In this document: piece after piece, positions 41,468 through 50,020 of the stretch
Layout of the letters: each line of letters opens with the position of its first letter
Position numbering within the stretch: position 1 is the stretch's first letter
Source of the DNA: Vicinamibacteria bacterium
GTDB lineage: Bacteria; Acidobacteriota; Vicinamibacteria; Vicinamibacterales; JAENWD01
Reading direction: 5' to 3'
Assembly: GCA_963837165.1 (NCBI GenBank)
Contig: CAWIMD010000002.1
Location: 1,543,029-1,607,028 of the forward strand
DNA length: 64,000 bases
The notes under the pieces: generated by a model
The model's input: only the letters and a program-made list of their open reading frames with translations
Database searches by the model: none
What the model was told of the DNA's origin: nothing
Translations under genes and position numbers: made by a program

Positions 41468-42540
41468 TGACCGGAGTCCGTCACTCCTCGGCCCCTGCCC
41501 CGACTGCGTACGAGCTCGGCTTCCGCATGCCCGCGGAGTGGGCGCGGCACGCGGCCACGTGGACGGCCTGGCCCCACGACGGCGCGCAGTGGGTCGGGAT
41601 GCTCGAGCCGGTGCGCCGTGAGTTCGCGGCGCTGGTTGCCGCGATCGCGCGGTACGAGCCGGTCGATCTGCTGGTCGCCGACGAGGAATCGGCCGAGGAC
41701 GCGCGCCGGCGGCTGTCGATGGCGGAGACGTCCGTGCGGCTGCACCTGGTGCCGCATCAGGACGTCTGGCTCCGCGACAGCGGCCCGATCTTCGTCACGC
41801 GCGGCGACGAGGTGGCGCTGACCGACTGGGAGTTCAACGGCTGGGGGGGCAAGTACCCGGCGGCGCTCGACAACGCGATCCCGACCGCCGTGTCGCGGCT
41901 GCTCGGGGGCCCCACGCCCTTCCAGCCCGGCATCGTCCTCGAGGGGGGCTCGATCGAGGTGAACGGCGCCGGGGTCGCGCTGACCACACGGCAGTGCCTG
42001 CTGTCCCCCGCGCGCAACCCGCGCCTGAACGAGCGCGCGATCGAGGCGGTCCTGCGCGGCGCGCTGGGCGTGACCGAGGTCCTGTGGCTGGACGAGGGCC
42101 TGGAGGGCGACCACACGGACGGGCACATCGACACGCTCACGCGGTTCGTGAACGAGACGACCATCGTGACCTCGCGCGCCGAGGATCGGAGCGATCCGAA
42201 TCATGCGGTCCTCGCCGCGAACCTGGTGCGCCTCCGCCAGGCGCGGACCGCCGACGGGGCGCCGTTCACGATCGTCGAGCTGCCCGTCCCGGCCGGGCGC
42301 GTGGAGTTCGAAGGCGAGCGGCTGCCGCTGACCTATGCCAACTTCTACGTCACGAACGGGTCGGTGATCGTGCCGACCTACGGCGTCCCCGAGGACGGGC
42401 CGGCGCTGGAGGTGCTGGCGCCGCTCTTCCCGGGTCGCGAGCTGGTGCCGCTCCCGGCGCGCGCGCTGATCACCGGCGGGGGCGCCTTCCACTGCGTCAC
42501 GCAGCAGCAGCCGGCCGGCCGGGTCTGGAGCGCCGCATGA
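41467..42540 (+). CDS. aguA: Agmatine deiminase
   Basis: Internal ATG 41467 of ORF 41302..42540 leads to ELGFRMPAEWARHAATWTAWPH...WLRDSGPIF...EGGSIEVNG...GGGAFHCVTQQQP (catalytic Cys). Confidence 0.9.
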   Translation: MTGVRHSSAPAPTAYELGFRMPAEWARHAATWTAWPHDGAQWVGMLEPVRREFAALVAAIARYEPVDLLVADEESAEDARRRLSMAETSVRLHLVPHQDVWLRDSGPIFVTRGDEVALTDWEFNGWGGKYPAALDNAIPTAVSRLLGGPTPFQPGIVLEGGSIEVNGAGVALTTRQCLLSPARNPRLNERAIEAVLRGALGVTEVLWLDEGLEGDHTDGHIDTLTRFVNETTIVTSRAEDRSDPNHAVLAANLVRLRQARTADGAPFTIVELPVPAGRVEFEGERLPLTYANFYVTNGSVIVPTYGVPEDGPALEVLAPLFPGRELVPLPARALITGGGAFHCVTQQQPAGRVWSAA

Positions 42541-43487
42541 CGACGAGCATCGGGGTCGTGCAGATGCGGATGCGCGACGAGCTCGCCGACAACGTCGCGC
42601 GGGCGATGGCCGCCGTCCGCGACGCGCACGGACGCGGGGCGACGGTGGTCCTGCTGCCGGAGCTCTTCGAGGGCTACTACTGGCCGCAAGCGCAGCGTGA
42701 GCGGTTCTTCGAGCGCGCGCACCCGGTCGAGGGGCACCCGTTCATCCCGCGGTTCCAGGCGCTGGCGCGCGAGCTGTCGGTCGTCCTCCCACTGTCGTTC
42801 TTCGAGCGGGCGGGGCATGCCTACTACAACAGCCTGGTGATGATCGACGCGACGGGGGAGGTGCTGGGACTCTACCGCAAGTCCCACATCCCCGACGGTC
42901 CGGGCTACATGGAGAAGTACTACTTCACGCCCGGCGATACCGGGTTCAAGACGTTCGCCACTGCGGCGGGGCGGATTGGTGCGGCCGTGTGCTGGGACCA
43001 GTGGTATCCCGAGTGCGCGCGGGCGATGGCGCTGCAGGGCGCGGAGATCCTGCTCTATCCGACGGCGATCGGGTCGGAACCCGAGGCGGCCGGACCGATG
43101 GACACGAGCGCGATGTGGCAGCGCGTGATGGTCGGGCACGCGGTGGCCAACGCGTGCTACGTTGCCGCCGCCAACCGCGTCGGCACCGAGGTCGTCGAGG
43201 GAGCCGAGCAGACGTTCTACGGGCGGAGCTTCATCGCGGACTACACCGGCGCGATCGTCGCGGAGGCCGGGTTCACCGAGGAGGAGATCCTCGTGGCCGC
43301 GCTGGACCTGGGCCAGGCGCGCAGCTTCCGCGCCGGCATGGGCTTCTTCCGGGACCGCCGTCCTGACCTGTACGGCCCGCTGCTGACGTCGGACGGCAGA
43401 ACACAAAGAACACAAAGGACACAAAGGACACAAAGGACACGAAGGACACGAAGGACAGGAAGGCTCAAGACCGAAGCTGAAGGCTGA
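42537..43487 (+). CDS. aguB: N-carbamoylputrescine amidase (nitrilase superfamily) with repeat-encoded C-terminal tail
   Basis: ATGA overlap with aguA. It contains VVLLPELF...YRKSHIP...AAVCWDQWYPE (the E-K-C triad). The last ~28 aa ([26 protein letters not shown]) come from the nonamer array. Confidence 0.9.
   Translation: MTTSIGVVQMRMRDELADNVARAMAAVRDAHGRGATVVLLPELFEGYYWPQAQRERFFERAHPVEGHPFIPRFQALARELSVVLPLSFFERAGHAYYNSLVMIDATGEVLGLYRKSHIPDGPGYMEKYYFTPGDTGFKTFATAAGRIGAAVCWDQWYPECARAMALQGAEILLYPTAIGSEPEAAGPMDTSAMWQRVMVGHAVANACYVAAANRVGTEVVEGAEQTFYGRSFIADYTGAIVAEAGFTEEEILVAALDLGQARSFRAGMGFFRDRRPDLYGPLLTSDGRTQRTQRTQRTQRTRRTRRTGRLKTEAEG
43399..43461. repeat. Family D nonamer array, GAACACAAA/GGACACAAA/GGACACGAA x7 (plus strand), degenerate continuation to about 43490
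   Basis: It is translated as the aguB C-terminal tail. It lies between convergent aguB and the ABC exporter. Confidence 0.95.
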
Positions 43488-43534
43488 AGACTGCCGACCG
43501 CCACGGCGCCCGCATCACCAGGCCTGATCCAGGC

Positions 43535-45445
43535 CTAATCCGATCGATCCATGCGCCGGTCCCGCCTGGACAGCGGCAAGCAGTAGTTCATAGTGTACGC
43601 GGCGCCGCTGGCAGCCCGACCGCCTTCTCGGGCTCGGGGGTGAAGTCCTCTCCCGGGTTGATGAACCGATCCCGCTCCCAGTTGGTACTGCCGATCGTGG
43701 AGCTGGCGATACCGCCCGTTGAGCGCCATCAGGTCGGCGTGCGTGCCGCGCTCGACGATCTCCCCGTGCTCGAGCACGAGGATCTGATCGGCGCTCCGGA
43801 TCGTCGACAGCCGGTGCGCGATGACGAACGTGGTGCGGCCCTGACGCAGACGCCGGAGCCCGTCCTGGATCAGCGCCTCGCTCTCACTGTCGAGGCTCGA
43901 CGTCGCCTCGTCCAGGATCAGGACGCGCGGGTCGGCCAGGATGGCCCGCGCAATCGCGATCCGCTGCCGCTGCCCGCCCGACACCTTCACGCCCCGCTCG
44001 CCCACCACCGTGTCGTAGCCCTTGTCGAACTGCCGCACGAAGTCGTCGCAGTGCGCCAGCCGTCCGACCGCCTCGATCTCCTCCCGTGAGGCCGCGGGGC
44101 GGGAGAACGCGATGTTCTCCGCCACACTGCCGTCGAAGAGGAAGTTGTCCTGCAGCACGATGCCCAGCGCGCTGCGATAGTCGCGCAGGCGCAGGTTCGC
44201 CAGATCCCGCCCGTCGATCCGGATCGTGCCCGACTGCGGCCGGTTGAACGCCATCACGAGGCTGATGAGCGTGCTCTTGCCCGAACCGCTCGACCCGACC
44301 AGCGCCGTGGTCGTCCCCGCCGGCGCGTGAAACGACACGTGCTTCAGCACCGGCGTCCCGGGATTGTATGCAAAGCTCACGGCGTCGAACGCGACCTCCC
44401 CCACCACGTCGTCCACCGGCTGGCGCGCCCGATCCTCGTCGTCCTCGGTCGCCATGGACCGGATTTCCCGGATGCGATCCAGGCCCGCAAACGCCTCGCT
44501 GACCTGCGTGCCGATGGATGCGATCGAGACCACGGGCGCGGCGACGAGCCCGGTGAGGAAGATGTAGAAGAACAGGTCGCCCAGGGTCATCTGACCGGCC
44601 AGGATGGAATGGCCGCCGACCACGATGATCAGGATGCCGATGCCGCCGACGATGAGGGTCGAGACCGACCCGACGGCGGAGACGCCGACCATCGAGCTGG
44701 CGATGTTCCGATACAGCTTGTGGACCCCGCGCGCGAACACCAGCGCCTCGCGCCGCTCGGCCGTGTACGCCTTGACGATCCGGATGCCGCCGAGGGTTTC
44801 GGCCAGCCGCCCGGTGACCTCCGCGTTGATCTTGCCGCGCTCCCGGAAGATCGGCCGCAGGCGCGAGAAGGCGCGCGCCATGACGATGCCGAACGTTCCC
44901 AGCAGCAGGAGCGTGATGGTGGTCAGGCGCCAGTTGAGCCAGAAGAGCGCCGCGAGCGCGACGATCGCGGTGAGCACGCCGCCGGTCAGCTGCACCAGGC
45001 CGGTGCCGACGAGGTTCCGCAGCCCCTCGGCGTCGGACATGATGCGCGAGATGAGGACGCCGGTCTTCGTCGAGTCGAAGTACGAGACCGGCAGCCGCGC
45101 CACGTGCTGCTCGACGTCGCGGCGCATGTCCGTGATGGAGCGCTGCGCGGCCAGTCCCAGCACCTGCGACAGCCCGAAGCCGGTGGCGGCCTGCACCAGC
45201 GTGGCGGCGCCGCCGGCGGCAGCCAGGGGCCAGATGAGATCCGCGCGATGGTGCAGGACGACCTGGTCCACCAGCACCTTCGACGTCCACGGCAGGACGA
45301 ACCCGGTCAGGCGGTTGACGATCATCAGGCCGAACCCGAACGCCAGCCGGCCGCGCCGCGCCCAGATGAGCGCGCGCGCCTCGCGCCATGCCGTGCTCCA
45401 CGAGATTTTCGGACGAGACTCTGCCACTGCGCTGCGCTCCTTCAC
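43535..45445 (-). CDS. ABC exporter, fused permease/ATPase (MsbA-like); possible frameshift near the 3' end
   Basis: It has a six-TM domain, GSSGSGKST (Walker A), VSGGQRQRIAIARA and ILILDEATSSLD. The C-terminal 45 aa look non-native. The alternative frame after CCC 43677-43679 reads ERDRFINPGEDFTPEPEK... and stops at 43588. Confidence 0.85.
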   Translation of the reverse strand: MKERSAVAESRPKISWSTAWREARALIWARRGRLAFGFGLMIVNRLTGFVLPWTSKVLVDQVVLHHRADLIWPLAAAGGAATLVQAATGFGLSQVLGLAAQRSITDMRRDVEQHVARLPVSYFDSTKTGVLISRIMSDAEGLRNLVGTGLVQLTGGVLTAIVALAALFWLNWRLTTITLLLLGTFGIVMARAFSRLRPIFRERGKINAEVTGRLAETLGGIRIVKAYTAERREALVFARGVHKLYRNIASSMVGVSAVGSVSTLIVGGIGILIIVVGGHSILAGQMTLGDLFFYIFLTGLVAAPVVSIASIGTQVSEAFAGLDRIREIRSMATEDDEDRARQPVDDVVGEVAFDAVSFAYNPGTPVLKHVSFHAPAGTTTALVGSSGSGKSTLISLVMAFNRPQSGTIRIDGRDLANLRLRDYRSALGIVLQDNFLFDGSVAENIAFSRPAASREEIEAVGRLAHCDDFVRQFDKGYDTVVGERGVKVSGGQRQRIAIARAILADPRVLILDEATSSLDSESEALIQDGLRRLRQGRTTFVIAHRLSTIRSADQILVLEHGEIVERGTHADLMALNGRYRQLHDRQYQLGAGSVHQPGRGLHPRAREGGRAASGAAYTMNYCLPLSRRDRRMDRSD

Positions 45446-45547
45446 CGCTCCGACGGCCTGGCGGCTCCTGACATGTTCCCACAGGTTCGTCGGGCGCCGC
45501 CCTGGCCGGACGGGCAGGACGGCCCGGACGTGATCGAGCCGGCCGGC

Positions 45548-46696
45548 TCAGGGCTTCACGATCCGGACCTTCACCAGATCGATGCGCTCGACCGGCGCGT
45601 CCCCGTTGACCGGTACCTGCGCGATCGCCTGCACGACCGGCATGCCGTCCAGAACCTCGCCGAACGCCGTGTACTTGCCGTCCAGCGACGGTGCCGGCGC
45701 GGTGCAGATGAAGAACGACGTCGATGCGCTGGCCGGATCGTCGAGGCGCGCCATCGAGACGGTGCCGGCCAGGTGCGGCAGGTCGTTGAACTCGGGCTGC
45801 AAGGTGTGCACGAAGCCCTGCTGCTTCCCGGTCAGGGGCGTCGTCCTGGTGGACACCATGCCCGTCTGGATCACGAAGCCGCGGACGACCCGGTGGACGC
45901 TGGTGCCGTCGTAGACCCCGGCGGCGGCGAGGCGCAGGAAGTTGCGGACGTGCTCGGGCGCCTTGTCGGGGCGCAGCGCGATCGTGATCGGCCCCTTCGA
46001 CGTCTCGAGCACGGCGCGATAGCCGGCCAGTTCGGCCGGTGTCTCGGTGGAGAACGGCACGGCCTCCGGCGGCAGCTCGTCGCGGATGGTCACGTGGACG
46101 ATCTCGATCCGCTCGGTCACGCGGCCCGCGACGTCGGTGGGGGCCTCGGAAATCTGCTGGACGACCTCGAGGCCCTCGACGACGCGCCCGAAGACGGTGA
46201 AATGGCCGTTCAGCGCCAGCTGGTCGGTGACCGCCACGAAGAACTGCGCGCCCGCGCTGTCGGGCTTGCCGGGCTGCAGCACCGCGGCGACCGCCCCGCG
46301 AGCCACCGGCGTCGCGTTGAGCTCCGCCTTCAACATCCCGAGCCCGCCGGTGCCATACCGCGCCGTCTTCGAGGGGTCCTTCGACAGCGGATCGCCGCCC
46401 TGGATGATGCCGAGCCGCACCGCCCGATGGAACGTGGTGCCGTCGTAGGCGCCCTCACGCGCGAGCTTCATGAAATAGCCGACGTGATTCGGCGCGACTT
46501 CGGGCAGCAGCGCGATCACGAACGTGCCGCGCGTGGTCTCGACGACGGCCTGCTTGTGGGCCATCTGGTCGAGCGTGAGCGGCGTCGTATACGGCGCGGC
46601 GGACCGGGACGGCGCCGCCCCCGGGTGCCGGCCCTGGCCCGCAAGAGCCGGCAGGGCGGGAAGCGACAGGAGGAGCAGGACGGTCAGAAACTGCAT
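45548..46696 (-). CDS. Secreted tandem-domain cyclophilin-type peptidyl-prolyl isomerase
   Basis: Internal ATG 46696 of ORF 45548..47683 begins MQFLTVLLLLSLPALPALAG (signal peptide). There are two cyclophilin domains (FHRAVRLGIIQGGDP...; VHRVVRGFVIQTG...SFFICT). Confidence 0.85.
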   Translation of the reverse strand: MQFLTVLLLLSLPALPALAGQGRHPGAAPSRSAAPYTTPLTLDQMAHKQAVVETTRGTFVIALLPEVAPNHVGYFMKLAREGAYDGTTFHRAVRLGIIQGGDPLSKDPSKTARYGTGGLGMLKAELNATPVARGAVAAVLQPGKPDSAGAQFFVAVTDQLALNGHFTVFGRVVEGLEVVQQISEAPTDVAGRVTERIEIVHVTIRDELPPEAVPFSTETPAELAGYRAVLETSKGPITIALRPDKAPEHVRNFLRLAAAGVYDGTSVHRVVRGFVIQTGMVSTRTTPLTGKQQGFVHTLQPEFNDLPHLAGTVSMARLDDPASASTSFFICTAPAPSLDGKYTAFGEVLDGMPVVQAIAQVPVNGDAPVERIDLVKVRIVKP

Positions 46697-46703
46697 GGTG
46701 GAA

Positions 46704-46709
46704 ATGTTA
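46704..46709 (-). promoter_or_regulatory. -10-like TAACAT 7 nt upstream of ATG 46696 (cyclophilin)
   Basis: The minus strand reads GGCTAACATTTCCACCATG. Confidence 0.35.
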
Positions 46710-46711
46710 GC

Positions 46712-46755
46712 CCCATCCTCCCATCCTCCCATGCTCCCATCCTCCCATCCTCCTG
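46712..46755. repeat. Family A octamer array, CCCATCCT x5
   Basis: It fills the space between the divergent -10 boxes at 46704-46709 (minus) and 46757-46762 (plus). Confidence 0.95.
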
Positions 46756-46756
46756 C

Positions 46757-46762
46757 TATGCT
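46757..46762 (+). promoter_or_regulatory. -10-like TATGCT 6 nt upstream of ATG 46769
   Basis: GCTATGCTCCCCCCATG. Confidence 0.35.
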
Positions 46763-46768
46763 CCCCCC

Positions 46769-47662
46769 ATGGACGCCGCGGTTTCCGCGTTCGCGCATCT
46801 GGTGGACTACGCCGGCCTCTATCCGCCGGCGCGTTTGCCACTCGACGAGGTCGCTCGACGATACGCGGCGTATCGGGCCGGGCCGCACGACTGGGTGCTT
46901 GGACGCCTGATCGTGCCGGCCGATCGCCTGGTGGAGGCCAATGCGCTGGCCACGGCCTCCGGCGCCACGCCGGCCGCGCGCTGGCCGGTCAGCGTCCTCG
47001 TGGGAGGGGCCGAAGCCATTCCCGACTCGGGGCGCAGTGTCGGCGACGCGCTCGCGCGCACCGACGGCGTGCTGCAGATCGAGAGCGTCGAGTCGATTGC
47101 CGGCACGCCGGGCGAGATCGCGGCGGTCGCGGCCGCCTATCCGGGCACCCTCGAGCGGTTCGTCGAGATTCCCGCCGACCCCGATCCCTCTCCGCTGATG
47201 GCCTCGCTGGCCGAGCACGCCTGCTTCCCCAAGCTTCGGGCCGGCGGCGTGACCGCCGACCGGTTCCCCTCCCCCGCCGTCGCCGCCCGGTTTCTCGTCC
47301 GGGCGCTCGGCGCCGGCATGCCGATGAAGGCAACCGCGGGCCTTCACCACGCGATCCGCGGCACGCAGCCCCTCACCTACGCCCCCTCGAGCGCGACGAC
47401 CGTGATGCACGGCTTCGCGAACATGGTGTTTGCGGCGGCGTTGCTGGTGGCGGGCCGGATCGACCTCGAGCTGGCCGAGGCGCTGCTGGACGACGACCGT
47501 CCCGAGGCGTTCAAGTTCGGCGGGCGCGCCGGGTCGTGGCTGAACGCCGTCGTGACCTACGGCGAGGTCGCGGAAGGCCGCCGCCAGCTGCTGCGGTCGG
47601 TGGGGTCGTGCTCGTTCGAGGAGCCCGTCGCGGAGGCACGGACGCTGGATTGGATTGCATGA
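46769..47662 (+). CDS. Conserved hypothetical protein (297 aa)
   Basis: Internal ATG 46769 of ORF 44327..47662 begins MDAAVSAFAHLVDYAGLYPPARLPLDEV and contains FPKLRAGG...MKATAGLHHAIRG. A TATGCT -10 lies 6 nt upstream. I do not recognise the family. Confidence 0.6.
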   Translation: MDAAVSAFAHLVDYAGLYPPARLPLDEVARRYAAYRAGPHDWVLGRLIVPADRLVEANALATASGATPAARWPVSVLVGGAEAIPDSGRSVGDALARTDGVLQIESVESIAGTPGEIAAVAAAYPGTLERFVEIPADPDPSPLMASLAEHACFPKLRAGGVTADRFPSPAVAARFLVRALGAGMPMKATAGLHHAIRGTQPLTYAPSSATTVMHGFANMVFAAALLVAGRIDLELAEALLDDDRPEAFKFGGRAGSWLNAVVTYGEVAEGRRQLLRSVGSCSFEEPVAEARTLDWIA

Positions 47663-47672
47663 ACCGAGAACC

Positions 47673-48371
47673 TCACCCCTCATCGAAGACGACGACGATG
47701 ACCTCCCCCGGGCCGTGCACGCCGCGCGTCAGCGTCATCTCGATGTCGGCCGTGCGGCTCGGGCCGGTGACCAGGACGAGGTTGCTGCCCTCGTCAGCCA
47801 CGGCGGGGTGGTCCGACAGAAACGCGGCGTACGTCGGGTAGAGCCTGTCGGCGCGCAGCAGCGCGACGTGGACCGGCGGCAGCAGCGACGCCATCCGTCC
47901 GCGCCCCGGGCCGCTCACGAGCACCAGGCTGCCGGTGTCGGCCAGGCCCGCCAGCGCGCCGGTCAGGCCGACAGGCACGGGGTCCAACGCGGCGAGCCGC
48001 CGCCGGCGCTCGTCCGGATCCGACGGCAGCCAGCACGGCTCCACCGCAATGCCGGCCGCGGCCAGCGCCTCCGGCAGACCCGGGCAGTCGAGCCACTCCG
48101 GATCCCACGACAGCAGCCGCGTCGCGCCGCGCTCGGCAAGGAGCGACACGACGCCGTCAACGGCGGCCCGGGCGTCGCGGACCCGAATGGCGTGTCCCCC
48201 GAGCGCCTCCAGCTCTCCCGAGAACTGCCTGGCGAGGGCGTCCGGATCCTGGATCGCGCCGGGCGGCAGCACGAGCGCGCCCGGATGCTCGAGTCGCGCG
48301 GCGGGCGGCAGCACGCCGGTCCGCAGCTGACGGCTGATGGCGCCGAGCACGTCTAGGCGCGGGTCGCTCAT
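47673..48371 (-). CDS. lutC: Lactate utilization protein C (LUD domain)
   Basis: Internal ATG 48371 overlaps the lutB stop (ATGA). It begins MSDPRLDVLGAISRQL and contains GLTGALAGLADTGSLVL...TADIEMTLTRGVHGPGEVIVVVF. Confidence 0.8.
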   Translation of the reverse strand: MSDPRLDVLGAISRQLRTGVLPPAARLEHPGALVLPPGAIQDPDALARQFSGELEALGGHAIRVRDARAAVDGVVSLLAERGATRLLSWDPEWLDCPGLPEALAAAGIAVEPCWLPSDPDERRRRLAALDPVPVGLTGALAGLADTGSLVLVSGPGRGRMASLLPPVHVALLRADRLYPTYAAFLSDHPAVADEGSNLVLVTGPSRTADIEMTLTRGVHGPGEVIVVVFDEG

Positions 48372-49978
48372 CGACGCGACGCCCACTGGGCGAGGAACGT
48401 CTTCGACGCGAACGCCGGGAAGTCGCGCTGACGCGTCCAGCCCGAAAGGTGCCCCGGCAACCAGCGGATCCACCCGTCCCGCGACGCGAGGAGGCGCGTG
48501 ACACGGCGCGCGAGGCCCTGGGCGGCGCGGAACGCCCACGGCCGGCGTGCAAATTGCCGGAACAGCCACAGGCCCGACGTCGCCCAGGTCGCCGAATAGC
48601 CCATCGCGGTGCTGCGATCCCGGAGCGCGAGCAGCATGCGCGGGATGTCGATGCGGACCGGGCAGATCTCGCGGCACGCGCCGCACAGGCTGCTGGCCTG
48701 AGGCAGATCGGGGAACGCCTCCAGTCCCCTGAGACCCGGCGTGAGCACGGCGCCAACGGGCCCGGGATAGACCGACCCGTAGGCGTGCCCGCCGATCTCC
48801 TGATACACGGGGCAGGCGTTGAGGCACGCGCCGCAGCGGATGCAGTAGAGGATCTCGGCCAGCTCTCCCCCGAGCAGGCGGCTCCGCCCGTTGTCCACGA
48901 GGACGATGTGCAGGTGGTCGGGCCCGTCCGACTCACCGTCGGCCGGGACCGCCCCCGGATCCCCGGATCCCCAGCCCCCCAGATCCCCGGATCCCCAGCC
49001 CCCCAGATCCCCAGATCCATGGCCCCCCAGATCCCCGGATCCCCGGCCCCCCAGATCCCCGGATCCCCGGCCCCCCAGATCCCCGGATCCCCGGCCCCCC
49101 AGATCCCCAGATCCATGGCCCCCCGGCCTCCCGGCCGCTCCCCGCCGCGGCCCGGTGATCACGTTCGAGTAGACGGTCAGCTTCTGCCCCGTCGCGCTGC
49201 GCCCGAGCACCTGCAGCATGACGCCCAGGTCCGCGAGCGTCGGCACGAGCCGCTCGATGCCCATCAGCGCCACATGCACACGTGGCAGCGTCGTCGTCAG
49301 GCGGCCGTTGCCTTCATTCGTGCAGATGCAGAGGCTGCCGGTCTCGGCCACGCCGAAGTTGCCGCCGGAGATGCCCATGTCGGCGTTGAGGAACCCCACG
49401 CGCAGCGTGCGGCGGGCGAAGGCGGTCATGCGCGGCACGTCCACCAGATCGGCCTCGGTGGCGCCCAGCTTCTCGCGGAACGAGCGGGCCACGTCGTCGC
49501 GGCTCTTGTGGATGATCGGCCCGACGATGTGCGAGGGGTGATCGTGATCGATCTGGATCACGAACTCACCCAGGTCGGTCTCGAGGACCTCGACGCCGGC
49601 CGCCTCGAGGGCGTGGTTCAGGTCGATCTCCTCGCTCACCATCGACTTCGACTTCACCGCGGTCCGGACGCCGTGCTGCCGCGCGATGTCGGCGACGATC
49701 GCGACCGCGTCCTCCGCCGTCGAGGCCCAGTGGACGTGTCCGCCGCGCGCGAGCACGGCGTTCTCGAACTGACGCAGGTACTCGTCGAGCCGCGCGATGG
49801 TGTGCGCGCGGATGGCGCGCGCGTGATCGCGGACGATCTCGGCGTGCTCGAAGGCTGCCATCCCCGCGTCGCGCGCCGCGACCAGGCGGCTCGTCGCGCG
49901 GGCCATGGCCGCGTGGAGCACGGGATCCTTCAGCGCGAGCTCGACGCGTCGGTGAAATGTCGCCGGAGCAGCGTTCAT
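48368..49978 (-). CDS. lutB: Lactate utilization protein B (LUD domain plus 4Fe-4S dicluster) carrying an in-frame tandem-repeat insertion
   Basis: I moved the start to ATG 49978 (MNAAPATFHRRVELALKD). It contains CIRCGACLNACPVY and LCGACREICPV. Between ...VITGPRR and ADGESDGPDHLHIVLVDNGR sits (GSGDLGGX)x7, encoded by the octamer array. Confidence 0.85.
   Translation of the reverse strand: MNAAPATFHRRVELALKDPVLHAAMARATSRLVAARDAGMAAFEHAEIVRDHARAIRAHTIARLDEYLRQFENAVLARGGHVHWASTAEDAVAIVADIARQHGVRTAVKSKSMVSEEIDLNHALEAAGVEVLETDLGEFVIQIDHDHPSHIVGPIIHKSRDDVARSFREKLGATEADLVDVPRMTAFARRTLRVGFLNADMGISGGNFGVAETGSLCICTNEGNGRLTTTLPRVHVALMGIERLVPTLADLGVMLQVLGRSATGQKLTVYSNVITGPRRGAAGRPGGHGSGDLGGRGSGDLGGRGSGDLGGRGSGDLGGHGSGDLGGWGSGDLGGWGSGDPGAVPADGESDGPDHLHIVLVDNGRSRLLGGELAEILYCIRCGACLNACPVYQEIGGHAYGSVYPGPVGAVLTPGLRGLEAFPDLPQASSLCGACREICPVRIDIPRMLLALRDRSTAMGYSATWATSGLWLFRQFARRPWAFRAAQGLARRVTRLLASRDGWIRWLPGHLSGWTRQRDFPAFASKTFLAQWASRR
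48952..49130. repeat. Family B octamer array inside lutB (CCCCAGAT/CCCCGGAT/CCCCGGCC; 24-nt super-unit x7)
   Basis: Read directly. The minus strand encodes GSGDLGG[RHW] x7 in the lutB frame. Confidence 0.95.
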
Positions 49979-49985
49979 GCGCGTT

Positions 49986-50020
49986 TCAATCGTCAATCGT
50001 CAATCATCAATCGTCAATAA
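49986..50020. repeat. Family C heptamer array, TCAATCG x5 (variants TCAATCA, TCAATAA)
   Basis: It contains the lutA stop (50000-50002) and ends 8 nt from the lutB ATG 49978. Confidence 0.95.
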
